This document shows, one piece after another, positions 10,425 through 18,721 of a DNA stretch of 36,357 nucleotides. The notes below the pieces were generated by a model that saw only the letters and a program-made list of their open reading frames with translations, was not told the DNA's origin and ran no database searches. The stretch's first letter is position 1; each line of letters starts with the position of its first letter. Origin of the DNA: Candidatus Limnocylindria bacterium (lineage in GTDB: Bacteria; Chloroflexota; Limnocylindria; QHBO01); assembly GCA_050695855.1 (NCBI GenBank), contig JBOGTA010000074.1, positions 1 to 36,357 of the forward strand, given 5' to 3'. The position numbers and the translations under genes are program-made.

Positions 10425-11561
10425 GTGGGCGTTGCCGTCTCCACCATCCCAGTCCCGCGTGCCGCCCGCTGGCGTGACTTCGACTGGCAGCTGACCCTGT
10501 ACCTGGTCCTGCTGCTGGGCTTTGGGGTCGTCCTCGGCGCGTCCGCCGCCTGGAACGACGGCCCATTGCCGGCCGGGTCCATTCCGCAGCCGGTGAAGAC
10601 GGTCATCTGGAGCCTCATCGGGTTCATCGCGATGGCGGCGGCCGCATCGGTGGACTACCACTGGCTGAAGACCTTTGCGATTCCGATCTACGTGGTGACG
10701 CTGGGCCTGCTGGTCTTCAATCTCCTCGCCGGGAACGCGGTCTTCGGGGCCCAGCTGTCGGTGACCATCGGCGGCCTGGACTTCCAGTTCTCCGAGATCG
10801 GCAAGGTGGTCATGGTCGTCGTCCTGGCGGCGTTCCTGGCCGGGCGGGGAGAACGCATCGGGCGCCTCTCGACGATCGTCGGCGCCGTGCTGCTGACGCT
10901 GCTGCCGACCGCACTCGTCCTTCGCCAACCCGACCTCGGCACGGCCCTGGTGTTCGTGGCCATCCTGGGCGGGATGCTGTTCATCAGCGGCGCCAGCATC
11001 GGCTGGATGGCGCTGCTGGGTGGGATCACGATCGCGCTGACACCCATCGCCCTGAGCGGCCTGGCGGACTACCAGCTGGGGCGATTGCTGTGCTTCGTGG
11101 ATCCGGCGGCGGACCCACAGGGAGCCTGCTACCAGCTGTCCCAGTCACTGAACGCGGTCGGCTCTGGTGGCTGGTTTGGGCAGGGCCTCACGGCCGGCCA
11201 CGCCAATCAGCTGGGATTCCTGCCGGTCCAGACCACGGACTTCATCTTCACCATCGTGGCCGAGGAGCTGGGGCTGGTGGGCGGGCTCATCCTGCTCACC
11301 CTGTTCGGCCTGCTCCTGTGGCGGATCACGATCATCGGCTGGCGCGCTCGCGACGGGCTGGGCCGGCTGGTGGCCATGGGCCTGGCGACCATGCTGCTGT
11401 TCCAGGTGGTGGTCAACATCGGCATGGTCATAGGCCTGTTGCCGGTCACCGGTATTCCATTGCCGCTGATCACCTACGGCGGGTCGTCGACGGTGTCCAT
11501 CCTGTTCGGGATGGGCATTCTCCAATCGGTGCGGATGCACACCCGGACCGAAACGTTCTAG
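10425..11561 (+). CDS. rodA: peptidoglycan glycosyltransferase RodA (SEDS family)
   Basis: The GTG at 10425 follows the mrdA stop by 2 nt and has GGGAGGGA upstream. The track's 10236 start overlaps mrdA. It shows FtsW/RodA/SpoVE signatures: RQPDLGTAL, QTTDFIFTIVAEELG, and PVTGIPLPLITYGGSS. Confidence 0.9.
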   Translation: MGVAVSTIPVPRAARWRDFDWQLTLYLVLLLGFGVVLGASAAWNDGPLPAGSIPQPVKTVIWSLIGFIAMAAAASVDYHWLKTFAIPIYVVTLGLLVFNLLAGNAVFGAQLSVTIGGLDFQFSEIGKVVMVVVLAAFLAGRGERIGRLSTIVGAVLLTLLPTALVLRQPDLGTALVFVAILGGMLFISGASIGWMALLGGITIALTPIALSGLADYQLGRLLCFVDPAADPQGACYQLSQSLNAVGSGGWFGQGLTAGHANQLGFLPVQTTDFIFTIVAEELGLVGGLILLTLFGLLLWRITIIGWRARDGLGRLVAMGLATMLLFQVVVNIGMVIGLLPVTGIPLPLITYGGSSTVSILFGMGILQSVRMHTRTETF

Positions 11562-11577
11562 CTGCTTGGCGAAGCGA

Positions 11578-12765
11578 TCAGGCGGGCTCCGTCTGCGGAG
11601 GAGGTCCTTTCTCGGGCGGAGGCGTCGGCGAGGATGAGTCCTGGGGCGGGGGTGAAGGCCCGCCGCCGGGCCGCGTCGCGAACGCCCGCGCCTCGTCGGC
11701 GGTTCCTCCCTCCAGCCGCCGGAAGGCGTACCGATAGAGGTCGCGGCCCAACGCCACCACCGGAGCGGCCAGGATGGCCCCCCCCAGCCCGAACAGCGAG
11801 GCGCCCACGATCAGCGACAGGATCACGACCGCAGGGTGGAGGTCGACGGCGTCGCCCATGACCTTGGGCACAAGCAGGTGGTTCTCCAGCTGCTGGATGA
11901 CGGTGTACAGGGCCACCGCAGCCAGCGCGGCGCCGGGCGAGATGGATGCGCCGATGAGGACGGCCGGGACGGCCGCAATGATGGGACCGATGATGGGAAC
12001 CAGCTCGAGGATGCCGGCCACCAGCGCGAGCAGGACCGCGAAGTCGGCGAACTCGCGGAACCCGACGGCGGCCAGCAGCAAGAGGCCGATGAGGGTGGCC
12101 ACGAAGATCACCGCTCCGAGCAGCAGCTGGCCGCGGATCCAGCGTCCGATGACACTGGTGGTCAGGCCCATCGCGTGACTGGCGTCCGGGCGCCAGCTGG
12201 CCGGGAGGAGGCCCAGTACGCCGTCCGGCAGGCGCTCGCGGTCCTTGAGGACGTACAACAGCCAGACGGGAACGACCACCAACCCAAACACAAAGCCCGC
12301 GGTGCGCGCGATGAGGCTCAGGAGTGGCCCGACGATGGCCTCGAGCAGGGTTACGACCGCCTGCTGGCCGCTCTCGATGATGCTGTCCAGCGCGTCCCGG
12401 ATCGGCTCGGGCAGCGGCAGGCCCATGAGCCAGTCGACGATCGCCTCCTCCCAGGCCACGAACTGGGCGGCCAGGGTGGGGAGCTGCTCGAGGAACCGCT
12501 TGAGCTGATCGAAGAGCGGCGGCAGGAGGAGCCAGCCAAGGCCTATCACAGCCACCACCACCGCGACGTAGACCAGCAGGATGCCGGCCAGGCGGGGGAC
12601 TCCACGACGCTGGAGGGCAGTGACCGGTGGATCGAGCAGGAACGCCAGGGCGATGGCGATGGCGAAGACGGGGAGCGCCGACCGCGCCAGCCACAGGGCG
12701 ACGGCCAAGAGGAGGATCGCGAAGGCGACGAACAATCCCAGCCGATGGCGGGCGACGAACCCCAT
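11578..12765 (-). CDS. AI-2E family transporter (PerM/UPF0118)
   Basis: It is a multi-TM protein with ILELVPIIGPIIAAVPAVLI, QQLENHLLVPKVMG and a Pro-rich C-terminal tail. I prefer the internal ATG at 12765 (MGFVARHRL...), because the 12837 start would overlap the divergent neighbour. Confidence 0.85.
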   Translation of the reverse strand: MGFVARHRLGLFVAFAILLLAVALWLARSALPVFAIAIALAFLLDPPVTALQRRGVPRLAGILLVYVAVVVAVIGLGWLLLPPLFDQLKRFLEQLPTLAAQFVAWEEAIVDWLMGLPLPEPIRDALDSIIESGQQAVVTLLEAIVGPLLSLIARTAGFVFGLVVVPVWLLYVLKDRERLPDGVLGLLPASWRPDASHAMGLTTSVIGRWIRGQLLLGAVIFVATLIGLLLLAAVGFREFADFAVLLALVAGILELVPIIGPIIAAVPAVLIGASISPGAALAAVALYTVIQQLENHLLVPKVMGDAVDLHPAVVILSLIVGASLFGLGGAILAAPVVALGRDLYRYAFRRLEGGTADEARAFATRPGGGPSPPPQDSSSPTPPPEKGPPPQTEPA

Positions 12766-12826
12766 GCCCGGGCATCCTAGCCGAGCGCGGAACGCGGATG
12801 CCGGGGGCGTTACCATCCTTGCTGCC

Positions 12827-13537
12827 ATGACCACCACGGCCGCCGCTCCCCGTCAGCGATGGCAGATCCTGTTCTCACGCACCGAGCCGGCACTCCGGCT
12901 GCGCCAGCAGGACATCCTGTCCGAGTTTCAGCGCGTGCTGACCGAGGCGGCCCTGCCGTTGTCGCTCACCGCGGCCGCACGCCCCCGGGCGCGGCTGAGC
13001 CTTGCGGCGAACGCTCCGCTCGGTACCGAGCTGCGGGGGGACATCGTGGAGGTCTGGTTCGACGAGCTCGTCCCGCAGGAGCTCGTGATTGCCGCCGGCG
13101 AGAACCTGGCGGATGGGCTGGCAATCGTCGATGCCCGCGAGGTGTGGCACGGCTTTCCCTCGGCCGCGTCCCAGGTCCGAGGCGGCGAGTACGAGGTCGA
13201 GGTCAGCACCCCCGAGGGCGCGGGCGAGGACGATCTCCGCGCCGCGGTGGTGAAGCTGCTGGCCGCCAGCAGCCTCCCTGGTCAGCGTCGCCGCGGTGAG
13301 AGTGAGCGGCGGTCGGACGCCGCCGAGCGAGACTTGCGGCCCTACGTCGAGGACCTCGAGGTCCTGGAGGTCGACGAGGCTGCGCGGACGGCGCGCCTCA
13401 GGATGCAGCTCCGGCTCGATCCCAGCGGGGCGGGCCGTCCACGCGACGTGGTGGACGCCCTGGGCCTGGGCCTTGCGACGACCCGGACCACGCGGCACCG
13501 CCTCCTCTTCGTTGACACTCCTCCGGTCGCCCGATAG
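12827..13537 (+). CDS. DUF2344 / TIGR03936-like (radical-SAM-associated family) protein
   Basis: I chose the ATG at 12827 within the track ORF. RWQILFSRTEPALRLRQQDILSEFQRVLTEAALPLSLTAAARPRARLSLAANAPLGTELRGDIVEVWF parallels the family N-terminus (RLRLRY.K.G.LRF.SH.D..R.FERALRRA.vP.ayS.GF.PhPk.S.a.alP.G..SeaEy.e). The identification comes from remembered family pattern only. Confidence 0.55.
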   Translation: MTTTAAAPRQRWQILFSRTEPALRLRQQDILSEFQRVLTEAALPLSLTAAARPRARLSLAANAPLGTELRGDIVEVWFDELVPQELVIAAGENLADGLAIVDAREVWHGFPSAASQVRGGEYEVEVSTPEGAGEDDLRAAVVKLLAASSLPGQRRRGESERRSDAAERDLRPYVEDLEVLEVDEAARTARLRMQLRLDPSGAGRPRDVVDALGLGLATTRTTRHRLLFVDTPPVAR

Positions 13538-13633
13538 ACTCGCAGCTCCGCGTGAGGAGCCTTCTCGGCATCCGACCGTGCGCGTTTCGCGAATTGATCG
13601 CGGGCGCTGACCCCCATCCAGCGGAGAACGAGC

Positions 13634-14158
13634 ATGTACGCCGTGGTCGACAGCGGCGGAAAGCAATATCGGGTCGAGCCGGGGCGCACCCTGGTCCTTG
13701 ACCGACTCGACGCCGAGGCCGGTGCCACGGTGACGTTCGACCGCGTCCTGATGATCGGCGACGACGCCGGGGTGACGGTGGGGACCCCCACGGTCAGCGG
13801 CGCCTCCGTGCGCGGCACGGTGCTGGAGCATGGCCGGGGACCGAAGGTCATCGTCTTTCGCTTCCGCCCGAAGGCCCATTACCGACGACGCACCGGGCAT
13901 CGGTCAGACCTGACCCGGGTTCGGATCGAGGAGATCGCGACTGCTGCCGGGGCGACTGCCGCGGTGGCGAAACCGCACGCCCGGAAGGCAGGGGCGGTGC
14001 AGAAGACCGCAGGCGCACCCAAGCCCGCGGCAACCAAGGCGACTGCACGCAAGGCGGCAGAAACCAAGGCGGCTGCCAAGAAGACCGCAGGATCTGCCAA
14101 GAAAGCAGCCACCACTAAGACTGCGGCCAAGCGCAAGACGGCCGCCGAGAGCGAGTAA
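13634..14158 (+). CDS. rplU: 50S ribosomal protein L21 with a 73-aa Lys/Ala-rich C-terminal extension
   Basis: [17 protein letters not shown] ... [31 protein letters not shown] is a canonical L21 core of about 101 aa. GGAG lies 9 nt upstream of the ATG. An AKKTA/AAKK-type tail follows the core. Confidence 0.92.
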   Translation: MYAVVDSGGKQYRVEPGRTLVLDRLDAEAGATVTFDRVLMIGDDAGVTVGTPTVSGASVRGTVLEHGRGPKVIVFRFRPKAHYRRRTGHRSDLTRVRIEEIATAAGATAAVAKPHARKAGAVQKTAGAPKPAATKATARKAAETKAAAKKTAGSAKKAATTKTAAKRKTAAESE

Positions 14159-14160
14159 CC

Positions 14161-14421
14161 ATGGCACACAAGAAGGCGGGCTCTTCCTCCAAGAACGGGC
14201 GCGACAGCGCCGGCCAGCGGCTGGGCGTCAAGCGCGGCGACGGACAGCTGGTGATGGCCGGGACGATCATCGTTCGGCAGCGGGGGAGCACCTTCCATCC
14301 GGGGGCCAACGTCGGCATGGGACGCGACTACACCCTGTTCGCCACGGCCGAGGGTCGGGTTCGCTTCACCCACGAGACCCGGGACCGCAAGCGCGTCAGC
14401 GTGGTTGCGGACGAGAGCTGA
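14161..14421 (+). CDS. rpmA: 50S ribosomal protein L27
   Basis: [29 protein letters not shown]...[26 protein letters not shown] is canonical L27. It has no N-terminal propeptide. Confidence 0.96.
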   Translation: MAHKKAGSSSKNGRDSAGQRLGVKRGDGQLVMAGTIIVRQRGSTFHPGANVGMGRDYTLFATAEGRVRFTHETRDRKRVSVVADES

Positions 14422-14424
14422 CCG

Positions 14425-14631
14425 ATGAAGACCGGGATTCATCCGCAGTACCATCAGGCCGAGGTGCACTGCGCTTGCGGGACCACCTTCAGCGTCGGGT
14501 CGACCGCCGAGTCGATCCGGGTAGAGGTCTGCGCGAATTGCCACCCGTTCTACACCGGCACGCAGAACATCGTCGACACCGCGGGCCAGGTGGAGCGGTT
14601 CCAGCGGCGGATGGACCGCGCCACACGCTGA
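14425..14631 (+). CDS. rpmE: 50S ribosomal protein L31, Zn-binding (type A)
   Basis: MKTGIHPQYHQAEVHCACGTTF...VEVCANCHPFYTG shows both Cys pairs (CxC and CxxC). Confidence 0.95.
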   Translation: MKTGIHPQYHQAEVHCACGTTFSVGSTAESIRVEVCANCHPFYTGTQNIVDTAGQVERFQRRMDRATR

Positions 14632-14633
14632 CC

Positions 14634-14656
14634 CGGTCGGCGGAACCCGCCGGCCG
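14634..14656 (+). terminator. GC-rich hairpin immediately after rpmE (possible U-tract-less terminator or attenuator)
   Basis: Bases 14634-14643 pair with 14647-14656, giving 10 bp including one G-U, core CGGCGG-aac-CCGCCG. The hairpin starts 3 nt after the rpmE stop. No T-tract follows, so its function is uncertain. Confidence 0.3.
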
Positions 14657-14759
14657 CCTGGGGCGCCTCGTCCCCCACCTCGCGTTCCTCATCCCTGAAC
14701 AGCTGATCGCGGCTGGTCCGTTCGTCATCCAGGCGGTGGCTGGGACCCGCCGCTATCGG

Positions 14760-15641
14760 ATGCCCGACTTCTTCTACGGTGGGCAGGCCCTCATCGAGGG
14801 AGTGATGATGCGGGGCCGATCCACGGCCGCCATGAGCGTCCGCATGCCGGACGGCGAGATCCGAACCTCCTCCGAGGCATTGCCGCGAGCCCTGAGCGGC
14901 GGTCGGTGGCTGCGCGTGCCGCTGGTCCGGGGCGTGGTGGTCCTGTACGAGACACTGGTCCTGGGGACCCGGATGCTGATGCGCTCCGCGGCCCTGGCTG
15001 CCGAGGGCGAGGACATCGAGATCGGCCGCGGAACGATGGCCGTCACCATGATCGCGTCGCTCGGCTTCGCGATCGCGCTGTTCTTCGTCCTCCCGCTGGT
15101 CCTGTCGGAGGCGGCCGAGGATGCGGCGGGCAGCGACCTGGTGGCGAATCTGCTGGAGGGGCTCTTCCGGCTCGTCATCTTCGTCGTGTACCTCGGCCTC
15201 ATCGGCCTGATGTCCGACGTGCGGCGAGTCTTCGCCTACCACGGCGCCGAGCACAAGGCGATTAGCGCCTACGAGGCCGATGCGGCACTGGAGCCAACAT
15301 CGGTGGATCGGTTCAGCACCGCCCACACTCGATGCGGCACCACCTTCGTCCTGATCGTGGTGGTCATCAGCATCCTGTTTTTCTCGCTGATCCCGCGGGC
15401 CGACGTGCCGCTTCCCCTGCTCATCCTGTCGCGCATCGCGCTCGTGCCGGTGGTCGCCGCAGTGGCCTACGAGCTGGTCCGCTTCGGGGCACGGCACTAC
15501 GGGAATCGGCTCGTGCGCGCCATCTACGCGCCCGGCCTGTGGCTGCAGTCGCTGACCACGCGCCCACCGGATCACGGGATGCTGGAGGTCAGCATCTCCG
15601 CCCTGCAGCGGGTCATGGAGGAGGACAAGGCCCGCGGATGA
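14760..15641 (+). CDS. DUF1385 (YqhQ-like) membrane protein
   Basis: I chose the internal ATG at 14760. [42 protein letters not shown] and [13 protein letters not shown] closely parallel the B. subtilis YqhQ/DUF1385 motifs (YGGQAVVEGVMF, YHGAEHKVINCYE, RCGSSF, PGLWLQLLTTKEP). Confidence 0.85.
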   Translation: MPDFFYGGQALIEGVMMRGRSTAAMSVRMPDGEIRTSSEALPRALSGGRWLRVPLVRGVVVLYETLVLGTRMLMRSAALAAEGEDIEIGRGTMAVTMIASLGFAIALFFVLPLVLSEAAEDAAGSDLVANLLEGLFRLVIFVVYLGLIGLMSDVRRVFAYHGAEHKAISAYEADAALEPTSVDRFSTAHTRCGTTFVLIVVVISILFFSLIPRADVPLPLLILSRIALVPVVAAVAYELVRFGARHYGNRLVRAIYAPGLWLQSLTTRPPDHGMLEVSISALQRVMEEDKARG

Positions 15642-16717
15642 CGGACCGCCTGGGCGAGCTGTCGGCCCGCCATGAGGAGCTGAGCGCCTTGCTCGCCCTG
15701 CCCGAGACGGCGACCGACCCACAGCTCCTGGAGCGGTACGGGCGGGAGCTCGCCCGGCTGGAGCCGATCGTTGCCGCGCTGCGGGCGCGCGATGACGCGG
15801 TGCGGGCCCTGACCTCGGCGCGGACCCACCTGGAGGACGGAGATCCGGAGGTTCGGGACATGGCGCGGGCGGAGGTGGAGAACCTCGAGGGCCGTATGGC
15901 GGAGCTGGACGCCGAGCTGCGCCGGCTCCTGGTCCCGCGCGACCCAAACGACGAGCGCGACGTGATCCTCGAGATCCGGGCCGGGACCGGCGGCGACGAA
16001 GCCTCGCTGTTCGCCGCCGACCTGTACCGCATGTACGAGCGCTACGCCGAGCGACGCCGCTGGCGGGTGGACCTGCTGACCACCAGCGAGAGCCCCTCGG
16101 GCGGCTTCAAGGAGGTCATCGCGGAGGTCGCCGGGGACGGTGCCTACTCCCGCCTGAAATTCGAGAGCGGCGTCCATCGCGTGCAGCGCGTGCCGGTCAC
16201 CGAGGCCAGCGGCCGGATCCACACCTCCACCGCCACGGTCGCCGTCCTGCCCGAGGCCGAAGACGTGGAGGTCGACTTCGGCGAGGGCGACCTGCGGATC
16301 GAGACCTTTCGTTCCAGCGGCCCCGGGGGCCAGTCGGTGAACACGACCGATTCGGCGGTGCGGATCACCCACCTGCCCACCGGCCTGGTGGTGGCCATCC
16401 AGGACGAGAAGAGCCAGCACAAGAACCGGGCCAAGGCGCTGTCGGTGCTGCGGGCCCGGCTCCTGGAAGCGGAGCGGGCGCGGCAGGCCGAAGAGCGCGG
16501 CGAGGTGCGTCGGGCGCAGGTCGGCACCGGTGAGCGGTCCGAGAAGATCCGGACCTACAACTTTCCCGATGACCGGGTCACCGATCACCGCATCGGTCTG
16601 ACCGTCCACAACCTGCCCGGCCTGCTCGAGGGGGACCTCGACCGGGTGGTGGAGCCGCTGATGGCGGCGGACCAGGCGGCGCGCCTGGCGGCCGCGGGCG
16701 CCGATGTCGCCGGCTGA
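15638..16717 (+). CDS. prfA: peptide chain release factor 1
   Basis: The ATG at 15638 overlaps the DUF1385 stop (ATGA). It has the GGQ motif ([17 protein letters not shown]) and the RF1 PxT tripeptide ([14 protein letters not shown]). Confidence 0.95.
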   Translation: MTDRLGELSARHEELSALLALPETATDPQLLERYGRELARLEPIVAALRARDDAVRALTSARTHLEDGDPEVRDMARAEVENLEGRMAELDAELRRLLVPRDPNDERDVILEIRAGTGGDEASLFAADLYRMYERYAERRRWRVDLLTTSESPSGGFKEVIAEVAGDGAYSRLKFESGVHRVQRVPVTEASGRIHTSTATVAVLPEAEDVEVDFGEGDLRIETFRSSGPGGQSVNTTDSAVRITHLPTGLVVAIQDEKSQHKNRAKALSVLRARLLEAERARQAEERGEVRRAQVGTGERSEKIRTYNFPDDRVTDHRIGLTVHNLPGLLEGDLDRVVEPLMAADQAARLAAAGADVAG

Positions 16718-17621
16718 AACACAGACCCTCCCCGGCGCGGCCGGGCCGGTGCTGGCCGAGGCAATCGAGCGCCTCCGGCTGGCGGGCTCACCGACCCCGC
16801 GGTTGGATGCCGAGATCCTGGTGTCGCATGCGCTCGAGCGTGACCGGGCCTGGCTGCTGGCCCACCTCGATGAGCCGATGCCGGCGGGCGCGCGGGCCGA
16901 GCTGGCCGCCTGGGTCGAGCGGCGCGCAGCCGGCGAGCCGATCGCCTACATCCGGGGTTTCAAGGAGTGGTACGGACTGCGGGTGGCCACCGACCGGCGG
17001 TCCCTCGTTCCGCGCCCGGAGACGGAGCTCCTGGCTGACGCGGCCATCGCGGACATCGCCGAGCGGATGGGTCGTGACCAACGCCCGATCCTGGCGTGGG
17101 AGGTGGGGACCGGGAGCGGGGCCGTGGCCGTGGTGCTCGCCAGGCGCTTCCGATCGGCGCTGACCCTGGGCCGCCTCCGCCTGGTGGCCAGTGACGTTTC
17201 GGCCGACGCGGTGGAGCTGGCGGCGGAGAACCTCGAGGCGCATGGCGTGGAGTCCCTCGTGACGCTGGCGGTCGCCGATCTCCTGGACCCGGTGGGGCCG
17301 GCTGCCGGGAAACCGGACGTCATCGTCGCCAATCTCCCGTACCTCCGCAGCGCCGAGGTCGAATCCGGTCGCGGAAGCCTGGGCTGGGAGCCCGCCACGG
17401 CGCTGGATGGGGGCGCTGATGGGCTGGCCGTAATCCGACACCTCCTGGCCCGCCTCCCCCAGCGGCTGGCAGCCGGCGGCAGCGTGATGCTGGAAATGGG
17501 CGAGGACCAGGCCGAGCCGATCCGCGGCCTGGTTGCTGCTCTGCCGGGGGCCTGGGCCTTCTCCACCATTCGTGACCTGGCGGACCACGAGCGGATCGTC
17601 CGCATGGAGCGGCTCTCGTGA
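16704..17621 (+). CDS. prmC: release-factor glutamine N5-methyltransferase PrmC/HemK
   Basis: It has the SAM-binding motif EVGTGSGAV and the catalytic tetrapeptide region IVANLPYL, which reads NLPY instead of the usual NPPY. It overlaps the prfA end by 14 nt. Confidence 0.88.
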   Translation: MSPAETQTLPGAAGPVLAEAIERLRLAGSPTPRLDAEILVSHALERDRAWLLAHLDEPMPAGARAELAAWVERRAAGEPIAYIRGFKEWYGLRVATDRRSLVPRPETELLADAAIADIAERMGRDQRPILAWEVGTGSGAVAVVLARRFRSALTLGRLRLVASDVSADAVELAAENLEAHGVESLVTLAVADLLDPVGPAAGKPDVIVANLPYLRSAEVESGRGSLGWEPATALDGGADGLAVIRHLLARLPQRLAAGGSVMLEMGEDQAEPIRGLVAALPGAWAFSTIRDLADHERIVRMERLS

Positions 17622-18235
17622 CCGAGATCCTACCGGCGACCGCGGAAGGTCTCGCCGCCGCCGCCGAGCTGATGGCCGACGGACAGCTGGTGGCCTTCCC
17701 CACCGACACCGTGTACGGCGTTGCCTGCGCCTTCGGTCGCGAGGACACGAAATCGGAGCTGGTGAAGCTCAAGGGTCGACCCGAGGACAAACCGATCCCG
17801 GTCCTGGTCGCCGAACAGTCCCAGGTCACCGCGGCTGGGTACGTCCTGGACGAACGGGCGAAACGCCTGGCCGCCCGATGGTGGCCCGGCCCCTTGACAC
17901 TCGTGCTTCCCGCCGCCGACGGGGGAGAACCACTCGGATTCCGCGTTCCCAACCACGAGGTGGCGCTGTCGCTGATCCGTATGGCGGGGCCGCTGCTGGC
18001 GACGAGCGCCAATCGGAGCGGCGAACCGGAGACCCTCGGTGCCGACGAGGTGCAGATCGCGTTCGCGGTGCACGGCGCTCTGCTGGCCGCGGTCGTCGAC
18101 GGGGGGCCTGCCCCCGGCGGCACGGCCTCGACGGTCGTCGACCTCACCTCCGACCCTGCCAAGATCCTGCGCGAAGGTGCCATCGGCCGCCAGGCGGTGG
18201 CGGAGGTCGTGGACCTGGCGCCGCCGATAGACTGA
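17618..18235 (+). CDS. tsaC: L-threonylcarbamoyladenylate synthase (YrdC/TsaC/YwlC type, single domain)
   Basis: FPTDTVYGVAC, KGRPEDKPIPVLV, WPGPLTLVL and TSANRSGEP are YrdC-domain motifs. The start overlaps the prmC stop (GTGA). Confidence 0.85.
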   Translation: MTEILPATAEGLAAAAELMADGQLVAFPTDTVYGVACAFGREDTKSELVKLKGRPEDKPIPVLVAEQSQVTAAGYVLDERAKRLAARWWPGPLTLVLPAADGGEPLGFRVPNHEVALSLIRMAGPLLATSANRSGEPETLGADEVQIAFAVHGALLAAVVDGGPAPGGTASTVVDLTSDPAKILREGAIGRQAVAEVVDLAPPID

Positions 18236-18239
18236 CCTG

Positions 18240-18692
18240 GTGCGCGTCGCCATCGGCTCCGACCATGCGGGATTCGTGCTCAAGACCGCGCTGTGCCGCC
18301 TGCTGGACGACCTGGGAGTCGAGTACCGCGACTTCGGGACCGACTCGACCGAACCGGTCGACTACCCGGATTTCATCGCTCCCGTCGCCCGCGCGGTGTC
18401 CCGCGGGGAGTACGACCGCGGCATCGTGCTGGGCGGTAGCGGGACGGGGGAGGCCATCGTGGCCAACAAGATCCGCGGCATACGATGTGTCCAGGCGGCC
18501 AACCCGGTGGTGGCTCGCCTCGGCCCACAACACAACGACGCCAACGTCATCTCGATCGGGGCCCGCGTGACGAACGTGGAGGTGGCCGAGGCCTGCGTCC
18601 GCGAGTTCCTGGCCGCTGAGTTCGAAGGCGGGCGCCACCTTCGGCGGGTTGCCAAGATCGCCGCCCTGGAGGCCGAGGAGGCCAGCCGCTGA
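18240..18692 (+). CDS. rpiB: ribose-5-phosphate isomerase B
   Basis: VAIGSDHAGFVLK, GIVLGGSGTGEAIVANK and HNDANVISIGARV are RpiB/LacAB signatures. Confidence 0.9.
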   Translation: MRVAIGSDHAGFVLKTALCRLLDDLGVEYRDFGTDSTEPVDYPDFIAPVARAVSRGEYDRGIVLGGSGTGEAIVANKIRGIRCVQAANPVVARLGPQHNDANVISIGARVTNVEVAEACVREFLAAEFEGGRHLRRVAKIAALEAEEASR

Positions 18693-18721
18693 GCCTGCAC
18701 CTGGAGCCCGCCGAGCAGGGT

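Noticed and set aside
13538-13633. Possible structured ribosomal-protein (L21) leader upstream of rplU
   Set aside because: Only small hairpins are visible (for example GCTCC-gcgtga-GGAGC). I cannot match them to the Firmicute L21 leader from memory, and a covariance-model search would be needed.
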